A DNA stretch of 53,944 nucleotides from an uncultured virus (IMG/VR IMGVR_UViG_3300025889_000079) (IMGVR_UViG_3300025889_000079), one strand, 5' to 3'; shown: positions 36,071-45,121, counted from the first letter of the stretch. Notes: a model not told the origin generated them from the sequence alone. Numbers and translations: made by a program.

Positions 36071-36083
36071 CAGGAGATATATA

Positions 36084-36386
36084 ATGAGCGGTGGTGATAA
36101 AAAATATGTGGATGAGTGGTTAAAAGGTAAAATCAAAAGTGGTTTAGACCAAATCAAATTAGTAGCAAATAATAATTATGGAGATAAGACTTGTTTATAT
36201 TATTCAGGTCATTTACATAAAGACATACTAGAAAACTTTCCAGGCAAATCAAGTAAAAAGATTTTCAAACAATATAGAGAATATCAAAACAATTCAGATT
36301 TAGTGTTTTATCAAAACAAATTTAGTGAACACGGTTATGATTATTATGTAAGAAAGGTGAAAAATGAAACTAAACAATCAGCATAA
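36084..36386 (+). CDS. Hypothetical protein
   Basis: SD AGGAG. Confidence 0.7.
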   Translation: MSGGDKKYVDEWLKGKIKSGLDQIKLVANNNYGDKTCLYYSGHLHKDILENFPGKSSKKIFKQYREYQNNSDLVFYQNKFSEHGYDYYVRKVKNETKQSA

Positions 36387-36642
36387 AGATATACTTAAAC
36401 GACTTATTAAAAGTAAAGGAGTGTATCGTACACGTTTAATACCAGTAGAAGAACGGGACAATATATTTGATTCATTATTTGAACTATATATGGCCGAGAT
36501 AGTACAATTCAGTAAAAAATCAGAACTAGAATTTGAAGGTCCTTATAAAGAACCTAGATATAAATGTTTTGAAGTAAAACTATGGCCGAAAGTATCATTA
36601 GACAATATAAAAAAAGCAGTAAAAAATGGTGTCTATGCTTAA
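36364..36642 (+). CDS. Hypothetical protein
   Basis: SD AAGGTG. Confidence 0.65.
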   Translation: MKLNNQHKDILKRLIKSKGVYRTRLIPVEERDNIFDSLFELYMAEIVQFSKKSELEFEGPYKEPRYKCFEVKLWPKVSLDNIKKAVKNGVYA

Positions 36643-37363
36643 AAAACTAGATAAGTTTTTACCAAGTTTATGGAAAAAGTATCTAACAGTTTTCCTAATA
36701 GGTTTATTTTTGTTTAGTTTAGGTACTTTTTATCCAAATCCATATATCAAATACAAATTAAGATTAGACGCAGAAACTATATTTACTAAATGGGCAAATA
36801 GATTAGGACTAAATGAACCTGCTTTTGAATACAATAATGATGTTCAATTTGTAGAAGCTGTGCAGAAATGTATTGATTGGGTAAACTTTGAAACACCTAG
36901 ATATGAACGAGTACCTGGAGAAATGATAGTCGGTATGGCAGCATTAGAGTCTGGTTGGGGTACAAGTAGATTTGCTAAAGAGGGTAATAATCTTTTTGGT
37001 ATAAGAACTTATGATAAAAATGTACCTCATATGTTATTAGAGGGTAGAACAAAATGGAAAGGTTGGGGTGTTCGTGTCTTTAGTACAAAATGTCAAAGTG
37101 TTAAATTCTTTGTTGATTTATTAAACAATCATAATGCCTACCAAGAATTTAGAGATATAAGAAGAAGAATGATTTTATGGGATCAACCTTTAGATCCTAA
37201 AAAATTAGTAAAAACTTTACAAAATTATTCTACCACAGATAATTATGCTGAAAGAGTTATATACATTATAGATAAAATAAGAGAACAAGAAAAGAAATCT
37301 GGTGAAATTCAAATACATACTAAAACAGATTCAAAAGTACCACCATCTAAACCTAATAAATAA
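36635..37363 (+). CDS. GH73 glucosaminidase (Bax-like) with N-terminal TM
   Basis: AALESGWGTSRFAKEGNNLFGI, YSTT..Y. Confidence 0.85.
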   Translation: MLKKLDKFLPSLWKKYLTVFLIGLFLFSLGTFYPNPYIKYKLRLDAETIFTKWANRLGLNEPAFEYNNDVQFVEAVQKCIDWVNFETPRYERVPGEMIVGMAALESGWGTSRFAKEGNNLFGIRTYDKNVPHMLLEGRTKWKGWGVRVFSTKCQSVKFFVDLLNNHNAYQEFRDIRRRMILWDQPLDPKKLVKTLQNYSTTDNYAERVIYIIDKIREQEKKSGEIQIHTKTDSKVPPSKPNK

Positions 37364-37369
37364 TACATT

Positions 37370-38320
37370 ATGTTTTTAGCCATACTTACACTTATTTCAG
37401 GCATTTGTATTTCTATTATTGCCGCTGGATACTCCATTATCGGATTAGCAACTTTGTTTGCTGGTGCAGTTGTACCTATTATTGCTATGGGTAGTGCATT
37501 AGAAGTAGGCAAGTTAGTAGTGGCATCTTGGCTTTATAGGAACTGGCAATCCAGTTTATTACCCAGGTCGATTAAATATTATTTAACAATATCGGTAATA
37601 GTTTTAGTATTCATTACCTCAATGGGTATCTTTGGTTTCTTATCCAAGGCACACCTAGATCAAGTAAAACCAACTACAAGTAATAAAATTAAAATAGACG
37701 CAATCAATGTACAAATTAAACAACAACAATCTATTGTAGATAGATCACAAAATACTTTAAAAACTTTAGATAAGGCATTAGACAAGTATGTTGATATGGA
37801 ATATGTTACAAGAGGTTTAAATGAACGTAAGAAACAAGCAGGTGAACGAGCAGAATTAAATGGTGCAATCAATAAAGCAACCGATTTGATTGTTAAATTA
37901 CAAAATGAAAAGGCAAATCTACAATTAGCACAAGATAAGATAGAGGCCGAAGTAGGACCAATTAAGTATATTGCAGAACTTATCTATGGTAAAGATGAAG
38001 CCAAAAGTCATTTTGACGAGGCAGTAAGAATAGTTATATTGATACTAATATTTGTATTTGATCCACTTGCAGTATTAATGTTAATTGCAGCCAATATCTC
38101 TATACGAGAATGGCAATTAAGAAGAAGTTTAACACAAGCAAAGAAACAAGAAAACATAGAAGATAGACTTGAAAGAGTTATAAAACAAAATAAAAAACTA
38201 AAAGAAAAGGAAAGAGATTTTAGAAATTTGATGGCACAGGACTTACAAGATATAGACGATCCAGACGAAATCAAATTAAAACTAAATCAGATTTATGACT
38301 GGAATGACAAGAAAAATTAA
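37370..38320 (+). CDS. Multi-TM protein with periplasmic coiled coil
   Basis: YSIIGL...LEVGKLV...TSMGIFGFLSKAH, EAEVGPIKYIA, IFVFDPLAV. Confidence 0.8.
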   Translation: MFLAILTLISGICISIIAAGYSIIGLATLFAGAVVPIIAMGSALEVGKLVVASWLYRNWQSSLLPRSIKYYLTISVIVLVFITSMGIFGFLSKAHLDQVKPTTSNKIKIDAINVQIKQQQSIVDRSQNTLKTLDKALDKYVDMEYVTRGLNERKKQAGERAELNGAINKATDLIVKLQNEKANLQLAQDKIEAEVGPIKYIAELIYGKDEAKSHFDEAVRIVILILIFVFDPLAVLMLIAANISIREWQLRRSLTQAKKQENIEDRLERVIKQNKKLKEKERDFRNLMAQDLQDIDDPDEIKLKLNQIYDWNDKKN

Positions 38321-38519
38321 AAAAGTAATCTACAAATTACTTACAGCTAAATTATTAACTTGGGTTATTGTATTACCTTTATTATTAAGTTGTGCGAATC
38401 AACCTAAAGAAGAAAAGAAAACAGACAATACAATAACTAATATACCTGCAATTGTAAAAGGTTTAGAAGCATTAGGAAATATAGGTAAAAAAGAGGTTGA
38501 CAAAGACGAAAAAAAGTGA
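38304..38519 (+). CDS. Small lipoprotein
   Basis: Lipobox LLSC. Confidence 0.55.
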   Translation: MTRKIKKVIYKLLTAKLLTWVIVLPLLLSCANQPKEEKKTDNTITNIPAIVKGLEALGNIGKKEVDKDEKK

Positions 38520-38525
38520 TATAAT
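38497..38525 (+). promoter_or_regulatory. Sigma70-type early promoter
   Basis: TTGACA-N17-TATAAT with extended -10 TG. Confidence 0.85.
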
Positions 38526-38536
38526 AGAAGTATATT

Positions 38537-38731
38537 ATGGAGGATTATATGTTAACAAATGAAGATTTAGCACGTGTGATGAACTCTCATCAAGTTAAAC
38601 GAATAGATAAAGCAAGTAAGGCTTGCAAGAATGCCGAATCAGATTGGGCAAAGAACTTTTGGTTTAATGTATGGAAAACATTGTGTCAAAAATACGGTCG
38701 TTATGATTTATATTTAAAGGATTTACACTAA
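38537..38731 (+). CDS. Hypothetical protein
   Basis: ORF after promoter; alternative ATG 38549 with SD GGAGG. Confidence 0.65.
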   Translation: MEDYMLTNEDLARVMNSHQVKRIDKASKACKNAESDWAKNFWFNVWKTLCQKYGRYDLYLKDLH

Positions 38732-39315
38732 TGAATATTTTTTACCTAGATAAAGATCCTATTGTTGCTGCTCGTATGAGTTGTGATAAACACGTTTGTA
38801 AAATGATTATTGAGTCTGCTCAAATGCTTTGTACAGCTCATAGACTATTAGATGGTGAAGAATATTTTGATAAAACTGCTAATGGTCGTAAGATTAAAAG
38901 ATGGAAACATCCTAATTCAAATATAGATGGCGTGTTATACAAAGCAAGTCATACAAAACATCCAAGTACAATATGGGTTATGGATTCTGCTTACAATTAT
39001 AGATGGTTATATAATCATATGCTAGAGTTAAATGAAGAATTTAAAAAACGATATAATCATACAAAAGACCATATGACTATACAAAAGTTAAAAGATATAT
39101 TAAACAGTCCACCTAAAAATATCAATCTTAAAAAAATAGGTACACAACCAACACCTGCTATGCCAGATGAATGTAAAGTACCAGGTGATAGTGTTGCAAG
39201 TTATCGTAAATATTATATTATGAAGAAAAAGGAGTTTGCAACGTGGAAAAAACCAGCCAAGATGCCAGTATGGTATAGAGAGGGAATCAATGAATTGGTA
39301 CACGCAAATGGATAA
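38731..39315 (+). CDS. Pyrimidine-dimer DNA glycosylase / DenV-like family protein
   Basis: MNIFYLD...DKHVCKMIIESAQMLCTAH...HP..IW...AMPD..YR.YY. Confidence 0.7.
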   Translation: MNIFYLDKDPIVAARMSCDKHVCKMIIESAQMLCTAHRLLDGEEYFDKTANGRKIKRWKHPNSNIDGVLYKASHTKHPSTIWVMDSAYNYRWLYNHMLELNEEFKKRYNHTKDHMTIQKLKDILNSPPKNINLKKIGTQPTPAMPDECKVPGDSVASYRKYYIMKKKEFATWKKPAKMPVWYREGINELVHANG

Positions 39316-39457
39316 ACCTAAAATGAATGCTTTACAAATTAGACCTTTAACTGAAAATGAAGAAGAAATATTAAGACAAGGCCTAAAAGATGATGGTTTA
39401 CAAGACGTTATGGATAGAGTAGATGAAGATATCAAGTCTATCTTAGGGTACAATTAA
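39308..39457 (+). CDS. Small hypothetical protein
   Basis: 3' part of ORF 39236..39457; start uncertain. Confidence 0.45.
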   Translation: MDKPKMNALQIRPLTENEEEILRQGLKDDGLQDVMDRVDEDIKSILGYN

Positions 39458-39467
39458 ACTAAATATT

Positions 39468-39851
39468 ATGATGAAAGAAGCAATTACATTATTTGTTAAT
39501 GATACAATACATTTTGTTAATACGTTGCAAAGTTATCATTGGCAAACGAAGTCATATGCTGAACACGAATCGTTTGTAGAGTATTATAATAAGATTAATG
39601 CTTTAAACGATAAGTTGGTCGAAACCTATCAAGGTAGAGAAGATGACCGTATATCTTTTAGTAGTGAATATAAACCTAATGTTTTAAATTATGCTGACAA
39701 AACAGAATGTATTAGAGTTGTAAAAGATTATAGAAAAAAAATATATCATCTTGCGGCTTGTATCCACGAAGTACATTTTGATATACATTCCATTTTAGAG
39801 GACTTTTTAGTAGAAACAAATAATCTACTTTATCATTTATCCCTTAACTAA
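39468..39851 (+). CDS. Ferritin/Dps-like four-helix protein
   Basis: HWQTKSYAEH...D..VETYQG...Y.L.L. Confidence 0.7.
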   Translation: MMKEAITLFVNDTIHFVNTLQSYHWQTKSYAEHESFVEYYNKINALNDKLVETYQGREDDRISFSSEYKPNVLNYADKTECIRVVKDYRKKIYHLAACIHEVHFDIHSILEDFLVETNNLLYHLSLN

Positions 39852-39852
39852 T

Positions 39853-40164
39853 ATGCCAACATATACATTTGAAGATACAAAAACAGGTAAGGTATGGGAT
39901 GATTATATGTCCATATCAGACAAAGAAACTTATTTAGAAAAAAATAAAAATATAAAACAAGTTATAACTAAAATGAATATTGTAGCTGGCGTAAGTGGAA
40001 TGAGTTATAGAAGCGATCAAGGTTGGAAAGAAACATTAAGTAAGATTGCAGAAAAACACCCACAAAGTAAATTGGCAGAAACAATGGGAACAAGAAGTAT
40101 AAAAGAGATTAAAACGCAACAAGTGTTAGCAAAACACCGTAAACGAAATGCAAAGAATAAATAA
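39853..40164 (+). CDS. FmdB-like regulatory protein
   Basis: MPTYTF N-terminus; GWKETLSKI...HP. Confidence 0.6.
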   Translation: MPTYTFEDTKTGKVWDDYMSISDKETYLEKNKNIKQVITKMNIVAGVSGMSYRSDQGWKETLSKIAEKHPQSKLAETMGTRSIKEIKTQQVLAKHRKRNAKNK

Positions 40165-40170
40165 TAATAT

Positions 40171-40304
40171 AGTAACAAGCGAGATACCGAAGAGCAACGG
40201 TCGTATATCGAAGGTCAGTAGGTCAATCCGCTTATGTTACCTACAAATTAAGGCAGGACTATTGGTTCTGTTAAAACAACTAATGTCCTGCCTACACGTA
40301 GGAC
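40171..40304 (+). ncRNA. Candidate structured non-coding RNA
   Basis: GC-richer intergenic segment with two long stems, after late-promoter-like AATAAATA. Confidence 0.5.
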
Positions 40305-40355
40305 TAAACTATTCAAACACCACACCAATCAAAATAATCAACAAAGGAAACTAAA

Positions 40356-40754
40356 ATGGCAGATGATTTACCAGATTTTATGCGTGAGTTCGATATGGAT
40401 GTGGACTATGGTTTTACAGCAGTATCTACTAAGCCTGCAACTGAAACGACAACACCTTCAATTGATCCAAGTGCAATAGAGGATCAAAAAATTGAAATCG
40501 CAAAAGTAAAATCAGATGTATCCGACATCAAGTCTATGATGAATGAGATAATGCAGATTGTAGCAGAAAAAGAAACAATCACCAAAGAAGTACAAAACGC
40601 TGATATACAAACAAGATTTAAAGAATTAGAAAAGATTATATTACCATTTTTATATAATCTATCTAAATCCAATGAACCTTATATTCATTGGCCTAATAGA
40701 GGACCAATTATTAAAGCACAAATTGAAAAGGTACTCAAACTAACGAGAGGATAA
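40356..40754 (+). CDS. Hypothetical protein of T4-like marine phages
   Basis: DYGFTAV...ILPFLYNL...YIHWPNR; SD AAGGA. Confidence 0.75.
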   Translation: MADDLPDFMREFDMDVDYGFTAVSTKPATETTTPSIDPSAIEDQKIEIAKVKSDVSDIKSMMNEIMQIVAEKETITKEVQNADIQTRFKELEKIILPFLYNLSKSNEPYIHWPNRGPIIKAQIEKVLKLTRG

Positions 40755-40757
40755 TCT

Positions 40758-40928
40758 ATGTCAGAAAAAACAAATCATAAACATCTAAAAAAACAAGTTA
40801 ATGAAGTTGAACAAAAAAGAAATTATGATAGAACCGATAATAGTTGGTATGATTTAAAGACATTAAAGAAACTCAAATTAAAAGCAAAGGATAAACTATA
40901 TGAAATTAAGCAAAAGCTTCACGCTTAA
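40758..40928 (+). CDS. DUF465/YdcH-like small helical protein, 56 aa (not in ORF track)
   Basis: SD GAGG; H..L...LKKLKLKAKDKL. Confidence 0.55.
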   Translation: MSEKTNHKHLKKQVNEVEQKRNYDRTDNSWYDLKTLKKLKLKAKDKLYEIKQKLHA

Positions 40929-41433
40929 CGAACTGATTAAATCACAAACTGCCGAAAGGGAGGGGATTAATAATAATCCTAGTGAGGCACAGATCGGAAA
41001 GCTACAAAGATTATGCGAAAACATATTACAACCAGTCCGTGACCATTATGGAATGCCAGTAGGAGTTTCAAGTGGATTTAGAAGTGCTGAACTATGTTTA
41101 AAAGTAGGTTCAAGTGTTAATTCACAGCACACTAAAGGAGAAGCGGCTGATTTTGAAATTGCAGGTGTGTCCAATCAGGACTTGGCACATTGGATTGATA
41201 AAAATTTAGACTATGACCAAATGATATTAGAGTTTTGGAATCCAGACGAACCAAATAGTGGCTGGGTACACTGCTCTTATAAGAATCCAGAAGAAAACAG
41301 AAAAGAGTTTTTAAGAGCATACCGAGATGATAATAAAAAAGTATGTTACGAAAAATACTCATATATCAAATATGCTGGGCAAGAACCATCTTCGGACGAA
41401 GTAAATCAAATGTACGCTGACAAGGGCGTTTAA
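40900..41433 (+). CDS. Peptidase M15A (candidate endolysin)
   Basis: LSKSFTLNEL, SSGFRS, SQHTKGEAAD, WVHCS. Confidence 0.88.
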   Translation: MKLSKSFTLNELIKSQTAEREGINNNPSEAQIGKLQRLCENILQPVRDHYGMPVGVSSGFRSAELCLKVGSSVNSQHTKGEAADFEIAGVSNQDLAHWIDKNLDYDQMILEFWNPDEPNSGWVHCSYKNPEENRKEFLRAYRDDNKKVCYEKYSYIKYAGQEPSSDEVNQMYADKGV

Positions 41434-41436
41434 TGC

Positions 41437-41465
41437 TTGACAATCACACAAAATAGTGATATAAT
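41437..41465 (+). promoter_or_regulatory. Sigma70-type early promoter
   Basis: TTGACA-N17-TATAAT with extended -10 TG. Confidence 0.85.
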
Positions 41466-41493
41466 AATAGAATATTAAAGAGGAAGGTATATT

Positions 41494-42210
41494 ATGGCAT
41501 TTAATCACGTGAAAATTGACGAAAGCGTCTTACCTAAAAATTTAGGTGCAAAGGGTAAAAACCAAGACGGAATAAGAATTTATACAATAGATGGTATTAA
41601 TATGCCTTCCGTTACTTCAATTCTAGGTAACATTCCAGAACGATCAGAAAAGATACAGGCTTGGAAACGAAGTGTTGGCGAAAAGATGGCCAACTATATT
41701 TCTGCCTCATCAACCAGTAGAGGTAAAACATTACACACATTGGTTGAAAATCATTTAAAGAATGAAGATGATAGAAATGTTGGAATAACTGCTGTTACTC
41801 CATTAGGACTGTTCAGAATTATTAAACCATATCTAGCAAGAGTAGATAATATTCATATGTTAGAAACCATTATGTATTCAAAAGAAATGCAAGTTGCAGG
41901 ACAAGTAGATTGTGTTGCTGAATATAGAGGTAAATTATCTGTCATAGACTTCAAGTCCTCTACTAAACAAAGAGATGAAGATTATAATTATGGTAACTTT
42001 TGTCAAACAGCAGCATATGCTAAAATGTTTGAAGAATTATATCCAGGTAAAAAAATAGAACAAACAGTTGTACTTGCGGCCTGTGAAGATGGCTTTGTAC
42101 AAGAGTGGGTAAACGGAAGAGAAAAGGTAGATCAATACCTAGAAAAGTTTATTAATCACGCAACAGATTTTTTTACTAGACATTCCGAAGCATTGACCAA
42201 CATCAAATAA
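41494..42210 (+). CDS. PD-(D/E)XK exonuclease
   Basis: PSVTSIL, RG...H, AGQVDC, IDFKSS, Q.AAY. Confidence 0.85.
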   Translation: MAFNHVKIDESVLPKNLGAKGKNQDGIRIYTIDGINMPSVTSILGNIPERSEKIQAWKRSVGEKMANYISASSTSRGKTLHTLVENHLKNEDDRNVGITAVTPLGLFRIIKPYLARVDNIHMLETIMYSKEMQVAGQVDCVAEYRGKLSVIDFKSSTKQRDEDYNYGNFCQTAAYAKMFEELYPGKKIEQTVVLAACEDGFVQEWVNGREKVDQYLEKFINHATDFFTRHSEALTNIK

Positions 42211-42257
42211 TAAATAGTAGAAACAATAAAGTAATAAAGGAAGCAAAACATTAATTT

Positions 42258-42310
42258 GTTAAGAAGGTGATTTAAATTTATCCTACTTGCGACCATAACG
42301 GCTAAAGGGA
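42258..42310 (+). promoter_or_regulatory. SAM-II (SAM-alpha)-like riboswitch
   Basis: GGTGATTT ... CTTGC.ACC ... GCTAAAG with SD GGGA 4 nt before ATG 42315. Confidence 0.7.
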
Positions 42311-42314
42311 ACAA

Positions 42315-42644
42315 ATGAAGAAGTTAATAGTAATTTTAACTTTATTATGGGCAAACGTATCATACGCTGAACAATACAATTTATATTGGAATCAAGTACC
42401 AGCAGTATGTGGCACGCCAGATGAAATAAAAAAATATATTGATGATAAAGGTTTTGAACCTGTACATATCAGTTTAGGTAGAGTTGGGAGTACACCAGAT
42501 GGTGAACCAATTTATATGATAACTTATTATGAAACAAAAGATCAAGTATTGGTAACTGTGGACATACCTAGTGCTACAGATAGTTGTATTTTATTTCACA
42601 CTTATAATAAAAGCAAAGTATTAGAGAAGAAAAAAGGAATTTAA
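42315..42644 (+). CDS. Secreted hypothetical protein
   Basis: Signal peptide ending SYA; one Cys pair. Confidence 0.75.
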   Translation: MKKLIVILTLLWANVSYAEQYNLYWNQVPAVCGTPDEIKKYIDDKGFEPVHISLGRVGSTPDGEPIYMITYYETKDQVLVTVDIPSATDSCILFHTYNKSKVLEKKKGI

Positions 42645-42870
42645 CGTTGAAGGTAAGATAATACCTAGACAGGACCAGGGTGCAATTCCCTGCCACTCCA
42701 CCATTAAAACAATGAAATTTTAGGGGTGGAATCAGGATCGACTGCTAGTTAAAACTTACTGGAGTTAAATGGCTGATGTCCTAACATCAAACAATAAATG
42801 CTAACGAAAGTTATGCTTTAGCAGCCTAGTCTGCTGGGGTTTGCCTGTGACCTTGCAACAGAACACAGGC
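42645..42870 (+). ncRNA. ssrA: Circularly permuted two-piece tmRNA
   Basis: T-arm CAGGG-TGCAATT-CCCTG and CCACTCC-A-CCA (to 42703) precede GGGGTGG (42723) with G3:U wobble; GGATCGAC; tag ANESYALAA* at 42800-42829. Confidence 0.93.
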
Positions 42871-42872
42871 GC

Positions 42873-42901
42873 TTTACAAAATCAATAAAGTATGTTATAA
42901 T
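42873..42901 (+). promoter_or_regulatory. Sigma70-type early promoter
   Basis: TTTACA-N17-TATAAT with extended -10 TG. Confidence 0.8.
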
Positions 42902-42906
42902 ATATT

Positions 42907-43131
42907 ATGATGTTAATGAATAGTAAAAAGTTTGGTTTAACGATTGAGGAGATAGTTAAAACAAAGAAAATATCCTATATGGATGCCATAGTATATTTTT
43001 GCGATAGAAACGAAGTTGATCCTGCAACCATAGGTCCTATGGTCAACAAATCATTAAAAGAAAAGATACAAATTGAAGCCGAGAATTTAAGACTTATTAA
43101 GAAGTCTAGCTCTGGCGTCTTACCTATATGA
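42907..43131 (+). CDS. gp33: Late-transcription coactivator gp33
   Basis: IEEIVK...SYMDAIVYFC...LKEKIQIEAENL; synteny with gp59/gp32. Confidence 0.85.
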   Translation: MMLMNSKKFGLTIEEIVKTKKISYMDAIVYFCDRNEVDPATIGPMVNKSLKEKIQIEAENLRLIKKSSSGVLPI

Positions 43132-43736
43132 ATAATAACAGTTATGAAGCATATAAATTATATCTTGCCATTAAATTACACTTCACAACTGATAACTATG
43201 ATTTTTTCAAACACAATGCAAAAGTTAATTCATCCATAAATACTTTTATAAAGAGAAATGATAGATACTTTTTTTATAGACTTGCAACCAAATATAATAA
43301 AGAAGAACTTATTGATTATTTTGTATGCAACTTTTTTGAAAATTCAAAAACTTGGATTGGGAGTTTAATACGTGCAGATGGAGAATCGACTTATACAAAT
43401 TGGAAGAAATATAAAGACGCATTTACTTATAATTTTAGAAATGAGTGCTTATTGGTTCGCTCTCTCATTGATGACAATAGGATTTCTTTTGATGATATGT
43501 TTCTCGTATCTGACGGCCAACACCCAAGAGCTTTACGCTTACATCTCTCAAAAAAACTATCCGTACAAACAATCATCATCTTGGATAAGATATTATCGTT
43601 TATTAAAAATTGGGATAAAGAGATTGCCGAGAAAGTTATATGGCCTGAAAAGTCATTTAAGATTACCAAGTTAAGTCCATTTGTTAATTATAATTTAACT
43701 AAATGTAAATTTATTATGAAAGAGATATTTGTATAA
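43128..43736 (+). CDS. gp59: Helicase loader gp59
   Basis: YKLYLAIKLHFTTDNYDFFK...KRNDRYFF. Confidence 0.9.
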   Translation: MNNNSYEAYKLYLAIKLHFTTDNYDFFKHNAKVNSSINTFIKRNDRYFFYRLATKYNKEELIDYFVCNFFENSKTWIGSLIRADGESTYTNWKKYKDAFTYNFRNECLLVRSLIDDNRISFDDMFLVSDGQHPRALRLHLSKKLSVQTIIILDKILSFIKNWDKEIAEKVIWPEKSFKITKLSPFVNYNLTKCKFIMKEIFV

Positions 43737-44059
43737 TGGCACTAGAAGATTTTGCACAAATAAGAGTACCAGATTCTAATATGGGTGGTGATAGAATCTA
43801 TTGTAGTATCTTTAATAAACTAGAATTAGTCAACAAAGATGGAACAATATACAAAGGTAAGATTGATAAGAAAAGTATAAAAGTAGATGGTGTCTATGGC
43901 AACTTTATGTCCTATGTTTATGTTACAGCAGATGAACGATGGTTTGATAGAGGTGGTATGCCTATCTCTAAACCTAAAAATTTATTAACAAGAAAAGAAG
44001 AAGATGAGGAAAAAGAAAACTTACATACACGTGAATCAACACGTGATAAGAGCGAATAA
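43736..44059 (+). CDS. Hypothetical protein
   Basis: TAATG coupling. Confidence 0.65.
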   Translation: MALEDFAQIRVPDSNMGGDRIYCSIFNKLELVNKDGTIYKGKIDKKSIKVDGVYGNFMSYVYVTADERWFDRGGMPISKPKNLLTRKEEDEEKENLHTRESTRDKSE

Positions 44060-44240
44060 GAAGTATGGAAGAAACGATCCAGTTATTACGATTAAGCAAG
44101 GTAGTAAGAATACTTATTGCCATCAAGTGGCTATTCTCGGACCGTCAAAGGTTATATATGGCGGTAATGATAAGCCTATTCTTAATTGTGGTGCGAGGGT
44201 TGTTGTAGAAACCGAGAGTGAAGTAGAAGTAATAAAATGA
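44004..44240 (+). CDS. Conserved phage hypothetical protein
   Basis: IHVNQHVIRANKK...LNCGARVVVET. Confidence 0.7.
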   Translation: MRKKKTYIHVNQHVIRANKKYGRNDPVITIKQGSKNTYCHQVAILGPSKVIYGGNDKPILNCGARVVVETESEVEVIK

Positions 44241-45121
44241 AAAGAGTCTTTTGCTTAGGCAATGGAGAAAGTCGTAAAGACTTTCCACTTCAAATGTTAA
44301 AAGGTCACGGTAAGATATATGGTTGTAATGCCATATATAGAGATTATCCTGACCTGATTGACGTACTTACTGCTGTGGACAATGGTATCATACACGAAAT
44401 CTATCATAGTGGTTATGCAACCAAGAAACCTTGTTACTTTAGAAACTGGTCAAAGTTGCCAGTAGAAACCTATCAACAAGTTGTAGAAGGATTTGTGGAC
44501 GCTCAGGAGTTACAGTTGTTAAGTGATTATGATGTAATCAAAGAGAATAAAGAAGATAAAGACAAGGCCAAAGAGTATGTCATACACGGCACCTCATTAA
44601 AAGGTATGGTGTCTATTATCAGACAAAAACAGAAAACACATAAACACGCACCAAAAGAAATTATACAAAAAGAAGTTAACAGATCAAACATTTATATTTC
44701 TTGGATCAAAGAGAATGATATGTCGTTTGATTTAAAAGATGAATGGAGCAATCATAAAGATCACGGTTGGGCTTGCGGTGCAACAAGTGGGTTTATTGCC
44801 ATACATAAAGAACAACCACAAGAACTTTATCTTATAGGACACGATTTAAAATCAGATACACACTTAATTAATAACATATACAAAAGTACAAAACATTATC
44901 AAGCAAAAGAGGCATCCGCAACACCACACGTCAATTGGGTCAATCAATGGTATACACTTATAGATTGGAACCCAAATGTTAAGTTTTTCAAAGTAAATAA
45001 AGACACAAACGGCGCAACTAATACGAGTGAAGAAGTTTACGAATGGCGTAAGTGGAAAGACGAAGGACGATTAGAGTATATCTCTCAAGCACAGCTGCTT
45101 GACAAGTTGACACTAATATGA
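44237..45121 (+). CDS. Hypothetical protein, possible GT29/MptE-like Rossmann fold
   Basis: VFCLGNGESR...YGCNAIYRD...SG..A...YLIGHD. Confidence 0.55.
   Translation: MKRVFCLGNGESRKDFPLQMLKGHGKIYGCNAIYRDYPDLIDVLTAVDNGIIHEIYHSGYATKKPCYFRNWSKLPVETYQQVVEGFVDAQELQLLSDYDVIKENKEDKDKAKEYVIHGTSLKGMVSIIRQKQKTHKHAPKEIIQKEVNRSNIYISWIKENDMSFDLKDEWSNHKDHGWACGATSGFIAIHKEQPQELYLIGHDLKSDTHLINNIYKSTKHYQAKEASATPHVNWVNQWYTLIDWNPNVKFFKVNKDTNGATNTSEEVYEWRKWKDEGRLEYISQAQLLDKLTLI

Noticed and set aside
40186..40201. CCGAAGAGCAA resembles part of a glycine riboswitch
   Set aside because: The GGAGAG and CTCTCAGG core elements are missing
40148..40354. 68-aa ORF over the structured intergenic region
   Set aside because: No SD, atypical composition; extensive base pairing is better explained by an RNA element
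41494..42210. Cas4-like nuclease suggesting a CRISPR system
   Set aside because: No repeat-spacer array or other cas genes; ordinary phage exonuclease
42671..42703. tRNA-like 3' half ending CCA as a tRNA gene or att site
   Set aside because: It is the acceptor piece of the permuted tmRNA; no anticodon arm and no integrase nearby
11759..43674. Nested + strand alternative-frame ORFs (11759..11950, 31218..31421, 43372..43674)
   Set aside because: Lie inside primase, lipoprotein and gp59 genes; no recognisable features
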